Source: Nitrosopumilus sp. (GTDB taxonomy: Archaea > Thermoproteota > Nitrososphaeria > Nitrososphaerales > Nitrosopumilaceae). Taken from it: a stretch of DNA of 64,000 nt. The DNA lies in contig JAJCXK010000081.1 in assembly GCA_029263475.1 (NCBI GenBank), forward strand, positions 6,698 to 70,697, written 5' to 3'. The position numbers and the translations under genes are program-made. Positions 21,719 to 32,358 of this stretch are shown one piece after another. The notes beneath the pieces were generated by a model. It saw nothing but the letters and a program-made list of their open reading frames with translations. It was not told the DNA's origin and did not search any database. How positions within the stretch are numbered: position 1 is the first letter of the stretch; each line of letters starts with the position of its first letter.

Positions 21719-22441
21719 CTCTTGCATATATGATGATGATCAAAGGAACGCAAAATAATTACAATGTCAAATTAATAAAATAATATGTCTACTTAATCTC
21801 AGTTAAATATTCCAAGATAATTTTCAAAGATTGCCATGATCCGTTTTCTCCGCCCGAAATTAAGAAATGATATACCGACATAATGACTTATGGGAAAATA
21901 ATTCTTTCCGGCATGGGCCATGTCTCTGCAGAAGTACTATGAATTGTATCAGAAAATAACCGAAACATGATGGTAGTTGACGCTCATGGGAATTTTCAAT
22001 GTATCATGAATGGTGTGAAAAGTTATCTTGCTGCAATAAAACATGGAATGGCTCAATATGACATGTTGTGAATCAGAGAAAAAAGATACACATCTCAAGA
22101 CAAATAGTTGGAGTGAGGATTGACTCGTAAATTAAATTCCTGTAACCTCTTGATGATGGAATTGTAAAACCAAGCATAAAAAACTAGAAAACCACGTTAA
22201 TTCTCCAGTTGACAACACTTTGCATGCAGAAGCGGTCACAAGCCGAATCTGATCTGAAGCATTTTCTATGATTATTGACGCGCGCTTTGAGATTTCAACA
22301 TGAAATTTTCCTATTGCCGTAAAAAGAAAATGGGGTAATTGACGTGATCAATGTCCTGCCAAACAATGGTTGCTCTGCACTGGCTGAAAATCATGGTGAA
22401 ATAAGAAAAAAGCGTTTAAGCAAGGTGTGTTTTTTTAAATC

Positions 22442-23686
22442 ATGCTTAAGATATCTGTGTTTTTTGTTTTACTGGTCTTTGTATCTGTGAATGCTGCATT
22501 TGCAGAGTCTCAGATGAGCTCTACAAGTGATGGCTCCCTTGATGTTAAAATTGAGTTGGATGATTCCTATCTGCCCGGAGAGGAAACCCGACTGAAAATT
22601 GAGTTTCTAACCCCTGACACTGAGAAAATCCAGGTTCATATCGACTATACTGTAAATATCAAAAACAATGGCAATTCAGTATTTGGGCCAATCCCGTTGA
22701 CACATACTAGCACTGGCTCTGTCTCCATCCCTGTGTCCTTTGAGGATGGTACAAATGAAATCACCGTATCTGTTGAAGGAATATTGTTTGTGCCGATACT
22801 CCTGGAGACTGCAACATTTGATGTTTCATTTGGCAATTCAGCTGCGGGGTCTTCTGATATTCCTGCGTGGGTGAAAGGAAATGCGGGGTGGTGGGCAAAT
22901 GATCTCATTGATGACGAAACGTTTGTTTCTGGGATACAATTCTTGATACGGGATGGGATGATCTCGGTATCGTTTGTATCCTCTGAATCTAATGGCGATG
23001 GCATTCCAAAGTGGATTAAAAACAATGCAGACTGGTGGTCTAAGGGAATGATATCCGATGATGACTTTCTAAAAGGAATAGAGTTCTTGGTTGAAAACGG
23101 GATGATCTTGCTGCATGAGGATGACTCCTTCGACATGGGAGGCGTTGACTTGTCACAGGCCTCGCCTGTTTTTGGCTCTGTAGATTCTCCTGTTACGATA
23201 ATAGAGTTTGGTGACTATCAGTGTCCCAACTGTCAAAAATGGTTTCTCAACACAAAGCCTGACATTGTGAAAAACTACATTGATACTGGCAAGGCAAATC
23301 TGTACTTTGTGGATTTGGCATTTCTCGGTGATGACTCTTTGACTGCGTCTGCTGCAACGTATTGCGCAGATGAGCAGGGCAGATACTGGGATTATCACTC
23401 TTACCTTTATTCCAACCAGAGGGGTATAGATGGCGGCTGGGCAGACGCATCAAGCCTGCAAGACTATGCGGAGGTTTTGGAACTGGATACTGATTCATTT
23501 GCAAGCTGTATGGATTCAAAAAAATATGAGAAATCAATCGTGTTTAACTTGGAGGAGGCGATAAACAGCGGGATAAAGTCCACGCCCTCTTTTATCATAG
23601 TCGGAGCTGACGGGCAAGAAACGATAAAGGGACCTCAGCCTTTTCCCGTATTTGAGAAAATTATAGAGTCATTTCTTGCATCATAG
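22442..23686 (+). CDS. Secreted DsbA-family oxidoreductase with thaumarchaeal IPxWxKxNAxWW modules
   Basis: Signal peptide, two IPxW.K.NA.WW repeats, EFGDYQCPNC, TPSF. Confidence 0.9.
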   Translation: MLKISVFFVLLVFVSVNAAFAESQMSSTSDGSLDVKIELDDSYLPGEETRLKIEFLTPDTEKIQVHIDYTVNIKNNGNSVFGPIPLTHTSTGSVSIPVSFEDGTNEITVSVEGILFVPILLETATFDVSFGNSAAGSSDIPAWVKGNAGWWANDLIDDETFVSGIQFLIRDGMISVSFVSSESNGDGIPKWIKNNADWWSKGMISDDDFLKGIEFLVENGMILLHEDDSFDMGGVDLSQASPVFGSVDSPVTIIEFGDYQCPNCQKWFLNTKPDIVKNYIDTGKANLYFVDLAFLGDDSLTASAATYCADEQGRYWDYHSYLYSNQRGIDGGWADASSLQDYAEVLELDTDSFASCMDSKKYEKSIVFNLEEAINSGIKSTPSFIIVGADGQETIKGPQPFPVFEKIIESFLAS

Positions 23687-23853
23687 GTTTTCAAATGTCT
23701 ACAAGATGGGTTGAGAAAGACTGCAAGTAAAATGACATCCGATATCTTGACGCGTTGTTTTATTCATTTTACGTGTCAAAATATCACACACTCCATTCTG
23801 ATAAAATAATCACAATGCTTATCAGCATTGCAAAAGAGCAATACTTGTTCTGC

Positions 23854-24534
23854 TTGTCTTCTTTTGATCTAAACGTTATTTTGCGTGTGATCACTGCACC
23901 AAACGCTGCATTCGCTCAAATCCGAGACAACGATGAAAAGCACTTCGCATCTTCCATAGGACTCTTCCTGTTTGCATCTGTCATCGGTCTGCTTGTAATG
24001 GTTCCGTTTGTCATGATGCCACTTGATGATGCATATTATGAGGCCTTTGAGGAAAATGATGTAGACTTTGACATTCCCGTAGGTTGGGCAGATGTCATAC
24101 TATTTGTGGGAATCAGCATAATGACTGGAATTATTTCAAACGTGTTGTTCTACTTCATTGGAAAAAAACTAGGCGGCAACACAAGCTGGAAGAAGGTCTT
24201 TTCTGTTCTTTTTTACGCATACGTTCCAGTCATTCCGATGATGGTGGTGCTCTCGGCACTGGTATTTTTGATGTGGGGTTCTCTTACGACAATAGATCCG
24301 TCATACCTGATGCAATCTGATGCAGACGAAGAGGAATTGTTTTCACTGATTGGGCCTGTTTTAGGCTATGTGGGTGTTATGGTAATTGCCGCAATTGGGT
24401 TCATAGTCTGGATTTTCGTCGTTTCAGTCAAAGCAATCAAGACCGTTCACGGATTCGGTACTGCAAGGGCGTTTGGCCTCATAGTTCTGGTCATCATACT
24501 ATCATCTTTCATAACTGCTCCGTTTGGCATGTGA
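23854..24534 (+). CDS. YIP1 family membrane protein
   Basis: VITAP..AF, about five TM segments, KKLGG...W; TTG start at 23854 preferred. Confidence 0.8.
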   Translation: MSSFDLNVILRVITAPNAAFAQIRDNDEKHFASSIGLFLFASVIGLLVMVPFVMMPLDDAYYEAFEENDVDFDIPVGWADVILFVGISIMTGIISNVLFYFIGKKLGGNTSWKKVFSVLFYAYVPVIPMMVVLSALVFLMWGSLTTIDPSYLMQSDADEEELFSLIGPVLGYVGVMVIAAIGFIVWIFVVSVKAIKTVHGFGTARAFGLIVLVIILSSFITAPFGM

Positions 24535-24677
24535 TCTTTTTAAAGTGCCAAACACAAAATCATGATGAAATATGGGATTGTTCATTCTCTTGCAATCTGA
24601 ACTTTTTCTACGTTTCTAATCTTTCTTTATGAAATGTGTCATATGTTGATAAATGTAAAAAACTGAATCTGTTTGAT

Positions 24678-24938
24678 GTGACTTGCATTGAAATCTGCAT
24701 GAGATACAAATCATCAAAGTTACATTCACGTGTTACACAATATCACAATGGGAGAAAGCGATGCAATGCTTGCGATGTCTATCTGAGATGGGATGGTGTA
24801 CGATGCCCTTACTGTAGTTGTATTCTAAGAACAAGGTCGAAACATTCTGGAATGAGAAATCAAGTGTCGTTTGATAATACTGTAAGGGGAGTGTGGATGA
24901 CAAATGCAAACTTTGTTGCTGATGATTTTATTCCATGA
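24678..24938 (+). CDS. Thaumarchaeal Cys-rich zinc-finger protein
   Basis: CxxxC.RYK...Y..G.KRCxxC..Y..WDG..CPxC...LRTR. Confidence 0.7.
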   Translation: MTCIEICMRYKSSKLHSRVTQYHNGRKRCNACDVYLRWDGVRCPYCSCILRTRSKHSGMRNQVSFDNTVRGVWMTNANFVADDFIP

Positions 24939-25219
24939 TGATATTTTTTAATTATAGAATTAACATTTCTATTAAATATTGTATCATCCAAGTTTCTAAA
25001 AATGATCAATGAAAAGTTCATTCAACTACTACCAAAAATGAATGTACAGAGTGCAAAATACTCGCACGAAATAAAATTGAATAAAGTGGTCATATGTTTC
25101 AAATGGGGAAAACCTCATGAATTTCAAAATAAATCTAAAAAATTACCCATGATTTAGAAAAAGATAATGAAATGAATCAGAGATGCGGATGGTGGATTAC
25201 GCCTAAGATATTGTTGGTT

Positions 25220-25303
25220 CTATCCTGATAACAATAGAAAGTACGCGCCCATGGCCATTATCACGCCTCCGATAATGAATGACTTGATTGCCTCTGGACT
25301 CAT
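25220..25303 (-). CDS. 27-aa single-pass membrane peptide (MSPEAIKSFIIGGVIMAMGAYFLLLSG)
   Basis: Hand-translated hydrophobic ATG ORF in a relatively GC-richer patch of an AT-rich gap. Confidence 0.45.
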   Translation of the reverse strand: MSPEAIKSFIIGGVIMAMGAYFLLLSG

Positions 25304-25485
25304 ACTGATGTTGTTTGTCTTAGCCTAATATCGATTTTCATGATTCATGTTCTTCTTAATCAACAATAGACGTGACGTGCCTCAAAACTTTGCAATGTGT
25401 GTGGAATTGATGTTGACTAGACGTCATCAGTTAATCAAAGAGATAACTCATTTAGAATCCCATCATATTTCATGTTGAATCACAA

Positions 25486-25896
25486 ATGAACGAAACGACA
25501 CAAACTCAAATCAATGTGGGTGATTACAACAAACCTCCGGAACAGACCAAGGCCATAGGAATCGGAAAGATTTCTGGCGAAATCCTCAACATCAAGGCCT
25601 TTAAGACAAACAGAGGCAAGCCCTCACCATACACTCCGCAGGAAGCAATTGGAGAAGATGGGATGACTGACTATAATGTCATAGATACGGTGGAGACATT
25701 TGATGTGAATGGACTACAGGTACGTTCCTTCTTTGTAACGCCTGCAATAGTCAAGCAGATTCAGAGAGTTCCAAACTATCAGTCAGAACTCGCTGCAGGG
25801 AATATTTTTGGACCTTGCAAGGTAGGACAAAAGATGTCTGCAAAAACTAGTGCAAACTATTGGTGTCTTCTTTTCCCCGGAGAGGAAGGCTACTAG
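25486..25896 (+). CDS. Conserved hypothetical protein
   Basis: 136-aa ATG ORF followed by a T-tract. Confidence 0.8.
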   Translation: MNETTQTQINVGDYNKPPEQTKAIGIGKISGEILNIKAFKTNRGKPSPYTPQEAIGEDGMTDYNVIDTVETFDVNGLQVRSFFVTPAIVKQIQRVPNYQSELAAGNIFGPCKVGQKMSAKTSANYWCLLFPGEEGY

Positions 25897-25932
25897 TCTT
25901 TTTTACAAAATTAAAAATATCAAACAACATGA

Positions 25933-26706
25933 ATGCTTGTTGTAAGGAATATGTGGGATGATGTGGATGGCAAGGCTTGGAATGACATGTCATCTCAGTA
26001 TGATGACAATGTGGAAAACAGTTCTGATCCTGTGATATCTGGATATATTTCTGAAGAGATCAGAATAGCGGGTGAGCTCTGCAAGAAAATCATGAAGCCT
26101 GATGAAAAATATACCGTTATTGACATGGGTTCTGGTACGGGTCGTGTCTTGTTTTCTCTGCAAAAAATTCTTGACAATTCTGTATCCTATTGTGGTCTGG
26201 ATGTGTCTAAATCGATGATCCGGATGTCAAAAAACAAGCAATCTGAAATGAGTGCAAAAAATATCTCATTTCAAAAATACGATGCTACGAATCCTGCAAT
26301 AGATGATCTCTTTGATGGCGATAATTCTGTAAAGATTGTGATGTGCATGTACAATACGGTGGGAGTAATAGATGCAACTCTGAGACGGCAATTCTTTGAT
26401 AACATGACTAGGCTAGCAGGAAAAGACGGACTCGCGTTGGTTTCCGCATTTAACGGAGATGATTTTACATTTGCTGCTCCTATGATGTATGTACCAATGA
26501 AAGCGATGGTTCAGCAAATCGATGAGGATTCCTTTGACGAGAAAAAACTGGCATTTAAAAATGGGCTTGGTTACTACAGTCAGTGGTTTACGCAAAACCA
26601 GATGGTACAATTACTGCATTCTGCTGCAGAACCCATTCCGATTAATGTAACTCTGAATAATAATACACATACGTTTGGACATATTTTTTCAAATCATACA
26701 GTCTAG
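25933..26706 (+). CDS. Class I SAM-dependent methyltransferase
   Basis: VIDMGSGTGR, GLDVS..M, YDA motifs. Confidence 0.88.
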   Translation: MLVVRNMWDDVDGKAWNDMSSQYDDNVENSSDPVISGYISEEIRIAGELCKKIMKPDEKYTVIDMGSGTGRVLFSLQKILDNSVSYCGLDVSKSMIRMSKNKQSEMSAKNISFQKYDATNPAIDDLFDGDNSVKIVMCMYNTVGVIDATLRRQFFDNMTRLAGKDGLALVSAFNGDDFTFAAPMMYVPMKAMVQQIDEDSFDEKKLAFKNGLGYYSQWFTQNQMVQLLHSAAEPIPINVTLNNNTHTFGHIFSNHTV

Positions 26707-27129
26707 ATCATTCAACAGACATTGCGCAAAAACATCTCGTATTCTTTTTTGTATTCAAGTTCTAGCATTGATGGGCAATTCAATACTGAACTGTATCTTG
26801 TAAGGGGAAATGGAGGGGGGTCTGATTGAAAAATACTGTTCTGGTTCAGAAATCTTTTCATTTTAAAACAACGAGGTACATGGAAAACATGCAAAACAGA
26901 GGACGTATTCCTAACATGATGTGTTTTCCAAACCCGTCATTCTACGACGCAGAACAAAGGCTTCTCGTTGACAACACTACGTTAAAATGATATTTAAAAT
27001 TGATCCTGATTTTCCATTGACTGCAATAAAGATCGTGTCTAAATGATCCATCTGATTCCTATTGATGCTAAGTTTGAAATCTTTTCAACGTCTATCAATT
27101 TTTATTAAATGCTGACAGTTCAAAACATT

Positions 27130-27261
27130 ATGGTAAAGTGCTGTATCTGTAAAATTATTGAGGCAACTTCAAAAATAACTGATGGTAATCCAAAATACAA
27201 GGGAAAACCAATCTGCAAAGAATGTGCTGGATATCGCAAGCTGCTAAAAGAAACGAAATAG
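27130..27261 (+). CDS. 43-aa zinc-finger microprotein (MVKCCICK...ICKEC...)
   Basis: Hand-translated; two CxxC pairs; TATA-like TTTATTAAA upstream. Confidence 0.7.
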   Translation: MVKCCICKIIEATSKITDGNPKYKGKPICKECAGYRKLLKETK

Positions 27262-27268
27262 ATTATTG

Positions 27269-27526
27269 TTACTTATCTTGTTTTGAATCTTTGGTCTTGT
27301 TCTTTGCTGCCCAGTCCTCGTACATTTTGATTAGCTCATCCACGTCTTTTCCCTCTTCGGAATACGTGACAATCACTCCAAACGTTCCCTTCTTGTCGTG
27401 ACCCCTTGCAAAGTATCCCCAAAAAGAATCTGGCAGCTTTGCAAAGCTGCTTGAATCATGTGATACTCCGATTAGGTTGTTTCCGATTACTTCCACTACC
27501 TTTTTTGCATCGTTTTGTTCTATCAT
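27269..27526 (-). CDS. Hypothetical protein
   Basis: 85-aa ATG ORF. Confidence 0.7.
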   Translation of the reverse strand: MIEQNDAKKVVEVIGNNLIGVSHDSSSFAKLPDSFWGYFARGHDKKGTFGVIVTYSEEGKDVDELIKMYEDWAAKNKTKDSKQDK

Positions 27527-27574
27527 GGAGTGATCAATCCTTGATGCAATAAAAATCTGAATATGTGGTGAAAA

Positions 27575-27808
27575 TCAATTGACGCCTTTTCGCCTTTTCA
27601 TCTTTTCGCCTGTCAGCACAACTGTTTTCTTAAAGTTGTCAATCTTGGCATCCATCTCGTCTTTTTCTGACTTTGTACGTTCCCTGACGATTACGTCTTT
27701 GGGATCTACATAGTTGTTGCATTTCTCACATAGCCACAGGGTAAGCTTTTCCGCTGTCTGAAATATGGGGTATCTCCTCTCATTGCATTGTTTGCAGAAT
27801 AGTGGCAT
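27575..27808 (-). CDS. Zinc-ribbon protein
   Basis: CKQC...CEKC; GGAG SD upstream. Confidence 0.75.
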   Translation of the reverse strand: MPLFCKQCNERRYPIFQTAEKLTLWLCEKCNNYVDPKDVIVRERTKSEKDEMDAKIDNFKKTVVLTGEKMKRRKGVN

Positions 27809-27826
27809 GTTCTTTATGTCTCCTTT

Positions 27827-29113
27827 CTATGGATTTAACCTGTCCGGATCTCTCGGATATAGGACTACCTCACGAACATTGTCTATTCCAATCAGTGTGG
27901 TCATCAACCTGTCTAGTCCCATTCCCCATCCTGAATGTGGTGGCATTCCCCACTCAAACGTCTTGAGGTGATCTGTGAATTGGGAAGGATCCAGTCCTTG
28001 CTCCTTTAGTCTTTCCTTAATCATATCTGGATTGTGAAGTCTGGTTCCGCCTGATGATAGTTCCAAAAATCCGTATTGCAAGTCAAATGAGCGAGACAGT
28101 GTCGCGTCCTCGTCTTTTTCTCTGATGTAAAACGGTTTTAGCTTCATCGGCCAATCCGTCAAAAAGAAAAATCCTGGATGATTATTGCCTACTATTCTTA
28201 GGTGCGAGTCAAGTAAGTCGTCTCCAAATTCTACCTGCTCGCCTTCTTTTTTTAATTCCTCTATGCATTGAGTGTATGTCACTCTTTCAAACGGAGTTGT
28301 GGGCATTTCTATAGTATGTTCAATTTCCTCTTGCTCCTTCTTGCAGTTTTCAGAAATATCTTTGTACACTGCGACAACAAGTGATTCCAAAACACTCATG
28401 ACATCGTTGTAATCCATGAATGCTGCTTCAATGTCTATGCTGGTAAACTCTGTCAGGTGACGTCCAGTGTGAGAGTTTTCTGCTCTGTAAAAATTTGAAA
28501 TCTCAAATACCCTTTCCAGTCCCAATGTCATTTGCTCCTTGTAAAGCTGTGGACTTTGTGCAAGGTATGCTGTCTTTCCGAAATATTCCAGCGAAAACAA
28601 ATCCGCGCCGCCTTCGCTTGCACTGCCGATGATCTTTGGCGTTGTAATTTCCAAGAATTTCTTTTCTGATAGTGTCTTTCTTAGTGCTTGAAGTAAGTGG
28701 TGACGAATCTTGAAAATCGAGGCCGTCTTTTGATTTCGCATATCAAGCGCGCGATGATTGAGTCTTGTGTCGATGTTGCTCTCCATTCTTCCAATTGGGT
28801 CTACTGGTAACGGGTGGACTGCTTTTCCAAGTACTTCGATATCTTCTGCCTTTACCTCAAATGCAAAGTCGCGAGCTTTGGTCTCTTGAACTATTCCTGT
28901 AATGCTTACGACACTTTGACGATTGATCTCACCAAGATTGTCATTCAGCTCTCCCTTGACTATGATCTGAGAAATTCCTGACACGTCACGCAGTGTGATA
29001 AATGACATTTTTCCTAATTTTCGAAGATCTTCAATCCATCCTCCCAAAACCACTTGCTTTCCAATCAATTCCTCGTTTAATTCTGAAATGCTGTGAGTTT
29101 TTACAAAAACCAT
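27827..29113 (-). CDS. aspS: Aspartyl-tRNA synthetase (archaeal type)
   Basis: OB-fold N-terminus, [39 protein letters not shown]. Confidence 0.97.
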   Translation of the reverse strand: MVFVKTHSISELNEELIGKQVVLGGWIEDLRKLGKMSFITLRDVSGISQIIVKGELNDNLGEINRQSVVSITGIVQETKARDFAFEVKAEDIEVLGKAVHPLPVDPIGRMESNIDTRLNHRALDMRNQKTASIFKIRHHLLQALRKTLSEKKFLEITTPKIIGSASEGGADLFSLEYFGKTAYLAQSPQLYKEQMTLGLERVFEISNFYRAENSHTGRHLTEFTSIDIEAAFMDYNDVMSVLESLVVAVYKDISENCKKEQEEIEHTIEMPTTPFERVTYTQCIEELKKEGEQVEFGDDLLDSHLRIVGNNHPGFFFLTDWPMKLKPFYIREKDEDATLSRSFDLQYGFLELSSGGTRLHNPDMIKERLKEQGLDPSQFTDHLKTFEWGMPPHSGWGMGLDRLMTTLIGIDNVREVVLYPRDPDRLNP

Positions 29114-29114
29114 T

Positions 29115-29630
29115 TTACTGCCTGTTATCCTCAAATTCTATCTCAATGTCAAGGTTTCGGGCATCCTTGACTATCTGTACTACTTTTTCGGTGTCGATTG
29201 GAAACTTTGGAGTCCATTTACCTGAGACCACTGCCTTGGTCTTTTGGATGCCTCCCGGTGCCCATACTGCATTTATTGACAGGATCTTGGTTGGAAAAAA
29301 TAGGTCCTCTATGAATCGCTTGTCTGTCTCGTCAGCTTCCACCAGCCAAATTTTTCCCTTGAACTCCGCTTGCAATGTACGATACAGTGTACGACTTTGT
29401 CTGATTATTCTTATGTCCTCTTTGCCCAATGATAAAATGAAATTTCCGTCAAGCTCCTTGCATGAGTATAGCGTAAAGTCCTCTATTGCCTTGTTGGATT
29501 TGGCAATTTTTGCTAGATTCATTGATGCCTCGACGTCTGCCTTTGTCAGTTCACCTGATTCAACTTTGCCTTCACACTTTGGGCACAGTACTGAATTTTT
29601 TGCATCAAAGCCACAAATTGGTAGTTCCAT
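29115..29630 (-). CDS. NusA-like KH/zinc protein
   Basis: LPICGFDAK..VLCPKC N-terminus; TATA about 35 nt upstream favours ATG 29630. Confidence 0.75.
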   Translation of the reverse strand: MELPICGFDAKNSVLCPKCEGKVESGELTKADVEASMNLAKIAKSNKAIEDFTLYSCKELDGNFILSLGKEDIRIIRQSRTLYRTLQAEFKGKIWLVEADETDKRFIEDLFFPTKILSINAVWAPGGIQKTKAVVSGKWTPKFPIDTEKVVQIVKDARNLDIEIEFEDNRQ

Positions 29631-29723
29631 TAGAATCGACTTTTTCATTCTGACAATGTTGTTTATATCCCTATATGCAATACAAAAAGCTCACTTTAAT
29701 TATTATTCGTGATGCATTATGTC

Positions 29724-30809
29724 ATGCTAAAGTACACAAAGAAGAAGAATAGGGAGAATTATCTCGGTGAAAAGCTTGCAAACAAGTCACAATCATCGAT
29801 TGCTCACTTTACAATAGCGATCAAGACCCTTGACAAGACATGTGTTGAAGAGTATTCAGTCAAAGATTTTGATGAGGTAATCAACGATGTGATAAAGATT
29901 GATGTCGATCAAAGAGAGGAAGAAATAACATCTGTATTGCAGCAATGGGTAAACCGACTTGCAAAAACCAAGACATTCAACACGATCAAGGTTGAATTTT
30001 CTGCGATTAACAATTATCTGAAATATTACAAGATTCGTGGAGAATTCTCAGATGAGATAAAATTCCCACAAAACATCCAAGAAGAAAGATACGCCATATC
30101 CGTTGATGAGATTCAGAAGATTGTAGAGGCGGTAAAGCCAAAGCAAAAGTGCTATTATCTGTGCCTAATTTCATCTGGTTGCAGACCAGTTGAAATAATT
30201 GGATTGAAGAAAAAGGACTTTTTCTGGACTGGTAAGCGATACGGGGCACGAATCCCTGCAATTCTTACAAAAAAGAAGATGTCTAGAACGACGTTCTTTT
30301 CAAAGGAATGCACGTTTACCTTGAAAAGATTACTGGAAAAAGTTGAGGATGATCAGACTATATTTACAAAGAATCCAATTTTGAAAAATGCTCGAACTTC
30401 AGAAGATCGTGTTCTATGCAGGCATCTTGAAAAATTGGGAATGGATTACAAGTTTGAGACAACTGGATACTCAAAAATCAACCTTTACTGTTTCAGGGGA
30501 TATTTCTTTACTCGTGCAATCCGACTGTTCAATGAGGACATTGCACACGCAATGATCGGGCATGGTGCATATCTTCAGCAGTACCAACGAAGGAATGAGG
30601 AAGAAAAGGAAGAACTCTTTGATGAATTGGAACCTGAACTCTTAGTCTTTGATCAGACTAAGAACAAGGAAAAAATAAGAAAATTGCAGACAGCCAATAC
30701 AAAAATTTCTGAACTCGAACAGGATAACCACGACAACAAAACAAAAATTGCACAGCTTGAAAGAATGCTGCTTGAAGACAAGGTTCCTTCATTGAAGAGG
30801 AAAAAATAA
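29724..30809 (+). CDS. Tyrosine recombinase/integrase
   Basis: SSGCR..E, YCFR (HxxR variant), IGH, catalytic Y in LQQY; C-terminal coiled coil. Confidence 0.9.
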   Translation: MLKYTKKKNRENYLGEKLANKSQSSIAHFTIAIKTLDKTCVEEYSVKDFDEVINDVIKIDVDQREEEITSVLQQWVNRLAKTKTFNTIKVEFSAINNYLKYYKIRGEFSDEIKFPQNIQEERYAISVDEIQKIVEAVKPKQKCYYLCLISSGCRPVEIIGLKKKDFFWTGKRYGARIPAILTKKKMSRTTFFSKECTFTLKRLLEKVEDDQTIFTKNPILKNARTSEDRVLCRHLEKLGMDYKFETTGYSKINLYCFRGYFFTRAIRLFNEDIAHAMIGHGAYLQQYQRRNEEEKEELFDELEPELLVFDQTKNKEKIRKLQTANTKISELEQDNHDNKTKIAQLERMLLEDKVPSLKRKK

Positions 30810-30812
30810 CTG

Positions 30813-31175
30813 CTAGATTTGTTTCAGTTTGTCTTTTAGCTTTACTAGTCCAGGTAACATGAATGCAAATCTGACATGACTACAATTCTCTTTTTCATCC
30901 AGACTACACCATAATTTTTCATTTTTTATTATGATTTCAGCAAATCTGGATTTCTTTGCAGTCTCATCTCTAATCAAAATTGATTCTTCTGTAAATTCTA
31001 TCAAACTGAGTTTTGGAGATATATTGTTCAAAAATTGATCTTTTTCAAATTTTTCTTCTATGATTTGATTGACAAATTTTCGTATGCTTAGATTTTCTTT
31101 ATTAGATTCTGTTGCGATCTTTTCATACAGGTGTTTTTCAATGTCTACTGTAACTATGCCAACTCGTTTAACCAT
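30813..31175 (-). CDS. RHH-type regulator with a C-terminal Cys/His (SWIM-like) domain; candidate repressor
   Basis: VTVDIEKHLYEKI...LSIRKFVNQII; WCS....NCSHV; divergent from the early operon. Confidence 0.6.
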   Translation of the reverse strand: MVKRVGIVTVDIEKHLYEKIATESNKENLSIRKFVNQIIEEKFEKDQFLNNISPKLSLIEFTEESILIRDETAKKSRFAEIIIKNEKLWCSLDEKENCSHVRFAFMLPGLVKLKDKLKQI

Positions 31176-31178
31176 ATC

Positions 31179-31266
31179 TAATACATGTAATTACATGTAT
31201 TAATTGTTTTTGACTTTACATTGAATATGGTTAACAAATACATTATTAATCATGGATATACATGTA
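31179..31266. promoter_or_regulatory. Divergent-promoter operator array (TACATGTA x3)
   Basis: Perfect 24-bp palindrome TAATACATGTAATTACATGTATTA at 31179-31202; third TACATGTA at 31259-31266. Confidence 0.75.
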
Positions 31267-31281
31267 GAATACTGTATAAAC

Positions 31282-31422
31282 ATGAGTTATTCAACTGTTA
31301 ATGTTAAGCCTGATTATTTGGAGAAACTTAATGAAATTCACAATAAAACCAAGTTATCTAAAACTGCCATTTTGGAATTTTTGATTGATGCTGAACACAA
31401 AAAGGTGATGTTGGAAAAATGA
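31282..31422 (+). CDS. 46-aa ribbon-helix-helix protein (Cro-like position)
   Basis: MSYSTVNVKPDYLEKLNEIHNKTKLSKTAILEFLIDAEHKK; not in the ORF track. Confidence 0.75.
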   Translation: MSYSTVNVKPDYLEKLNEIHNKTKLSKTAILEFLIDAEHKKVMLEK

Positions 31423-31598
31423 AAATTCCATCAGCAACTTCTTTCTTCAACTCTTGTATTTGTGAAGGTAAAAAAACTCTCACTTCTTTTGAACTGGACA
31501 ACAAAACTCATGAAAAATTGCTGTGTGAGAATTGTGTAAGTTTGATTGAATCTTTTGAATCAATGAAAATAATTTCGGAGGTTGCTCTCATACAATGA
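31419..31598 (+). CDS. Small Cys-containing viral protein (59 aa)
   Basis: ATGA overlaps at both ends; CIC and CENC. Confidence 0.65.
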   Translation: MKIPSATSFFNSCICEGKKTLTSFELDNKTHEKLLCENCVSLIESFESMKIISEVALIQ

Positions 31599-31915
31599 AC
31601 CTTCTAGATACGATCTCATGTGAATTCGTATACCTCAATACATCACAAAACCAAATCTACACCGTACAAAAAATCACAACGCTACTAACGAAATGGACTG
31701 CACAACTTGAATCAAATGAAATAGAATTATCCGTTTTCAACAGGCTTTATGAATCACATTTCAAGAATCTAAAGCAGCTTCCAAAATATGAAACAATAAA
31801 CAACAAAAAACATTCCATTCAATGCAGCTATGCTACTGACTGTAATTGCAAGTGCTGGTGTATCGGAAAGTATCACGGAAGGATGCTTCTTTTGGTACGG
31901 GAGATTGTTTCATAA
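31595..31915 (+). CDS. Viral protein with a C..A...C.C.C.G..HG metal-binding motif
   Basis: CSYATDCNCKCWCIGKYHG. Confidence 0.7.
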   Translation: MNLLDTISCEFVYLNTSQNQIYTVQKITTLLTKWTAQLESNEIELSVFNRLYESHFKNLKQLPKYETINNKKHSIQCSYATDCNCKCWCIGKYHGRMLLLVREIVS

Positions 31916-32037
31916 TGACTCCTGTAAGCTGCAGGGACTGTAATTTCAAAAGCAGTGACGAAGTACAGATTCAGTTTCACATCAACTGCACGCAGCATGA
32001 CATTCACTATCTTGACGATGGGGAGAGTTGGGATTGA
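31915..32037 (+). CDS. C2H2-like zinc-finger microprotein
   Basis: MTPVSCRDCNFKSSDEVQIQFHINCTQH; TAATG coupling. Confidence 0.6.
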   Translation: MTPVSCRDCNFKSSDEVQIQFHINCTQHDIHYLDDGESWD

Positions 32038-32255
32038 AAATTCTAATACAGCAATCACAAGACAAAATTCTCGTATATCATTGTGCACCTGATACAATTG
32101 ACAGCCCAAAAGCCAAAACCCTTGAAATACTGGAAGATGGCCAAGTCGTTAGAAAATTCCGATATCAAAAAAGAAAGATTGGATTTGTAGATGACAAGGA
32201 TATTGACAAGTCTGAGGCAGTTCTGATCTACGAAGTAACAGGAGAATTGTCCTGA
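32028..32255 (+). CDS. Viral hypothetical protein
   Basis: ORF in the coupled operon. Confidence 0.6.
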   Translation: MGLKILIQQSQDKILVYHCAPDTIDSPKAKTLEILEDGQVVRKFRYQKRKIGFVDDKDIDKSEAVLIYEVTGELS

Positions 32256-32356
32256 TGCCTACCACCATGTGTCGCTCATGTGGAAGGGAATCAGATGATC
32301 TTCCAGGTGGAAAGTGCGAAGCATGTCATGGCAAAAAATGGGTGGGAAAAGACTAG
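32255..32356 (+). CDS. 33-aa zinc-ribbon microprotein
   Basis: MPTTMCRSCGRESDDLPGGKCEACHGKKWVGKD; TGATG coupling. Confidence 0.6.
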   Translation: MPTTMCRSCGRESDDLPGGKCEACHGKKWVGKD

Positions 32357-32358
32357 TC

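Noticed and set aside
21720-22440. Long intergenic gap as an ncRNA or IS remnant
   Set aside because: Only short broken ORFs; no terminal repeats, transposase motifs or convincing structure seen
29002-29712. 236-aa plus-strand ORF
   Set aside because: Antisense shadow of the NusA-like gene and aspS
29640-29724. tRNA gene or dif site at the provirus edge
   Set aside because: No cloverleaf or T-loop motif; resemblance to dif limited to TTATGT
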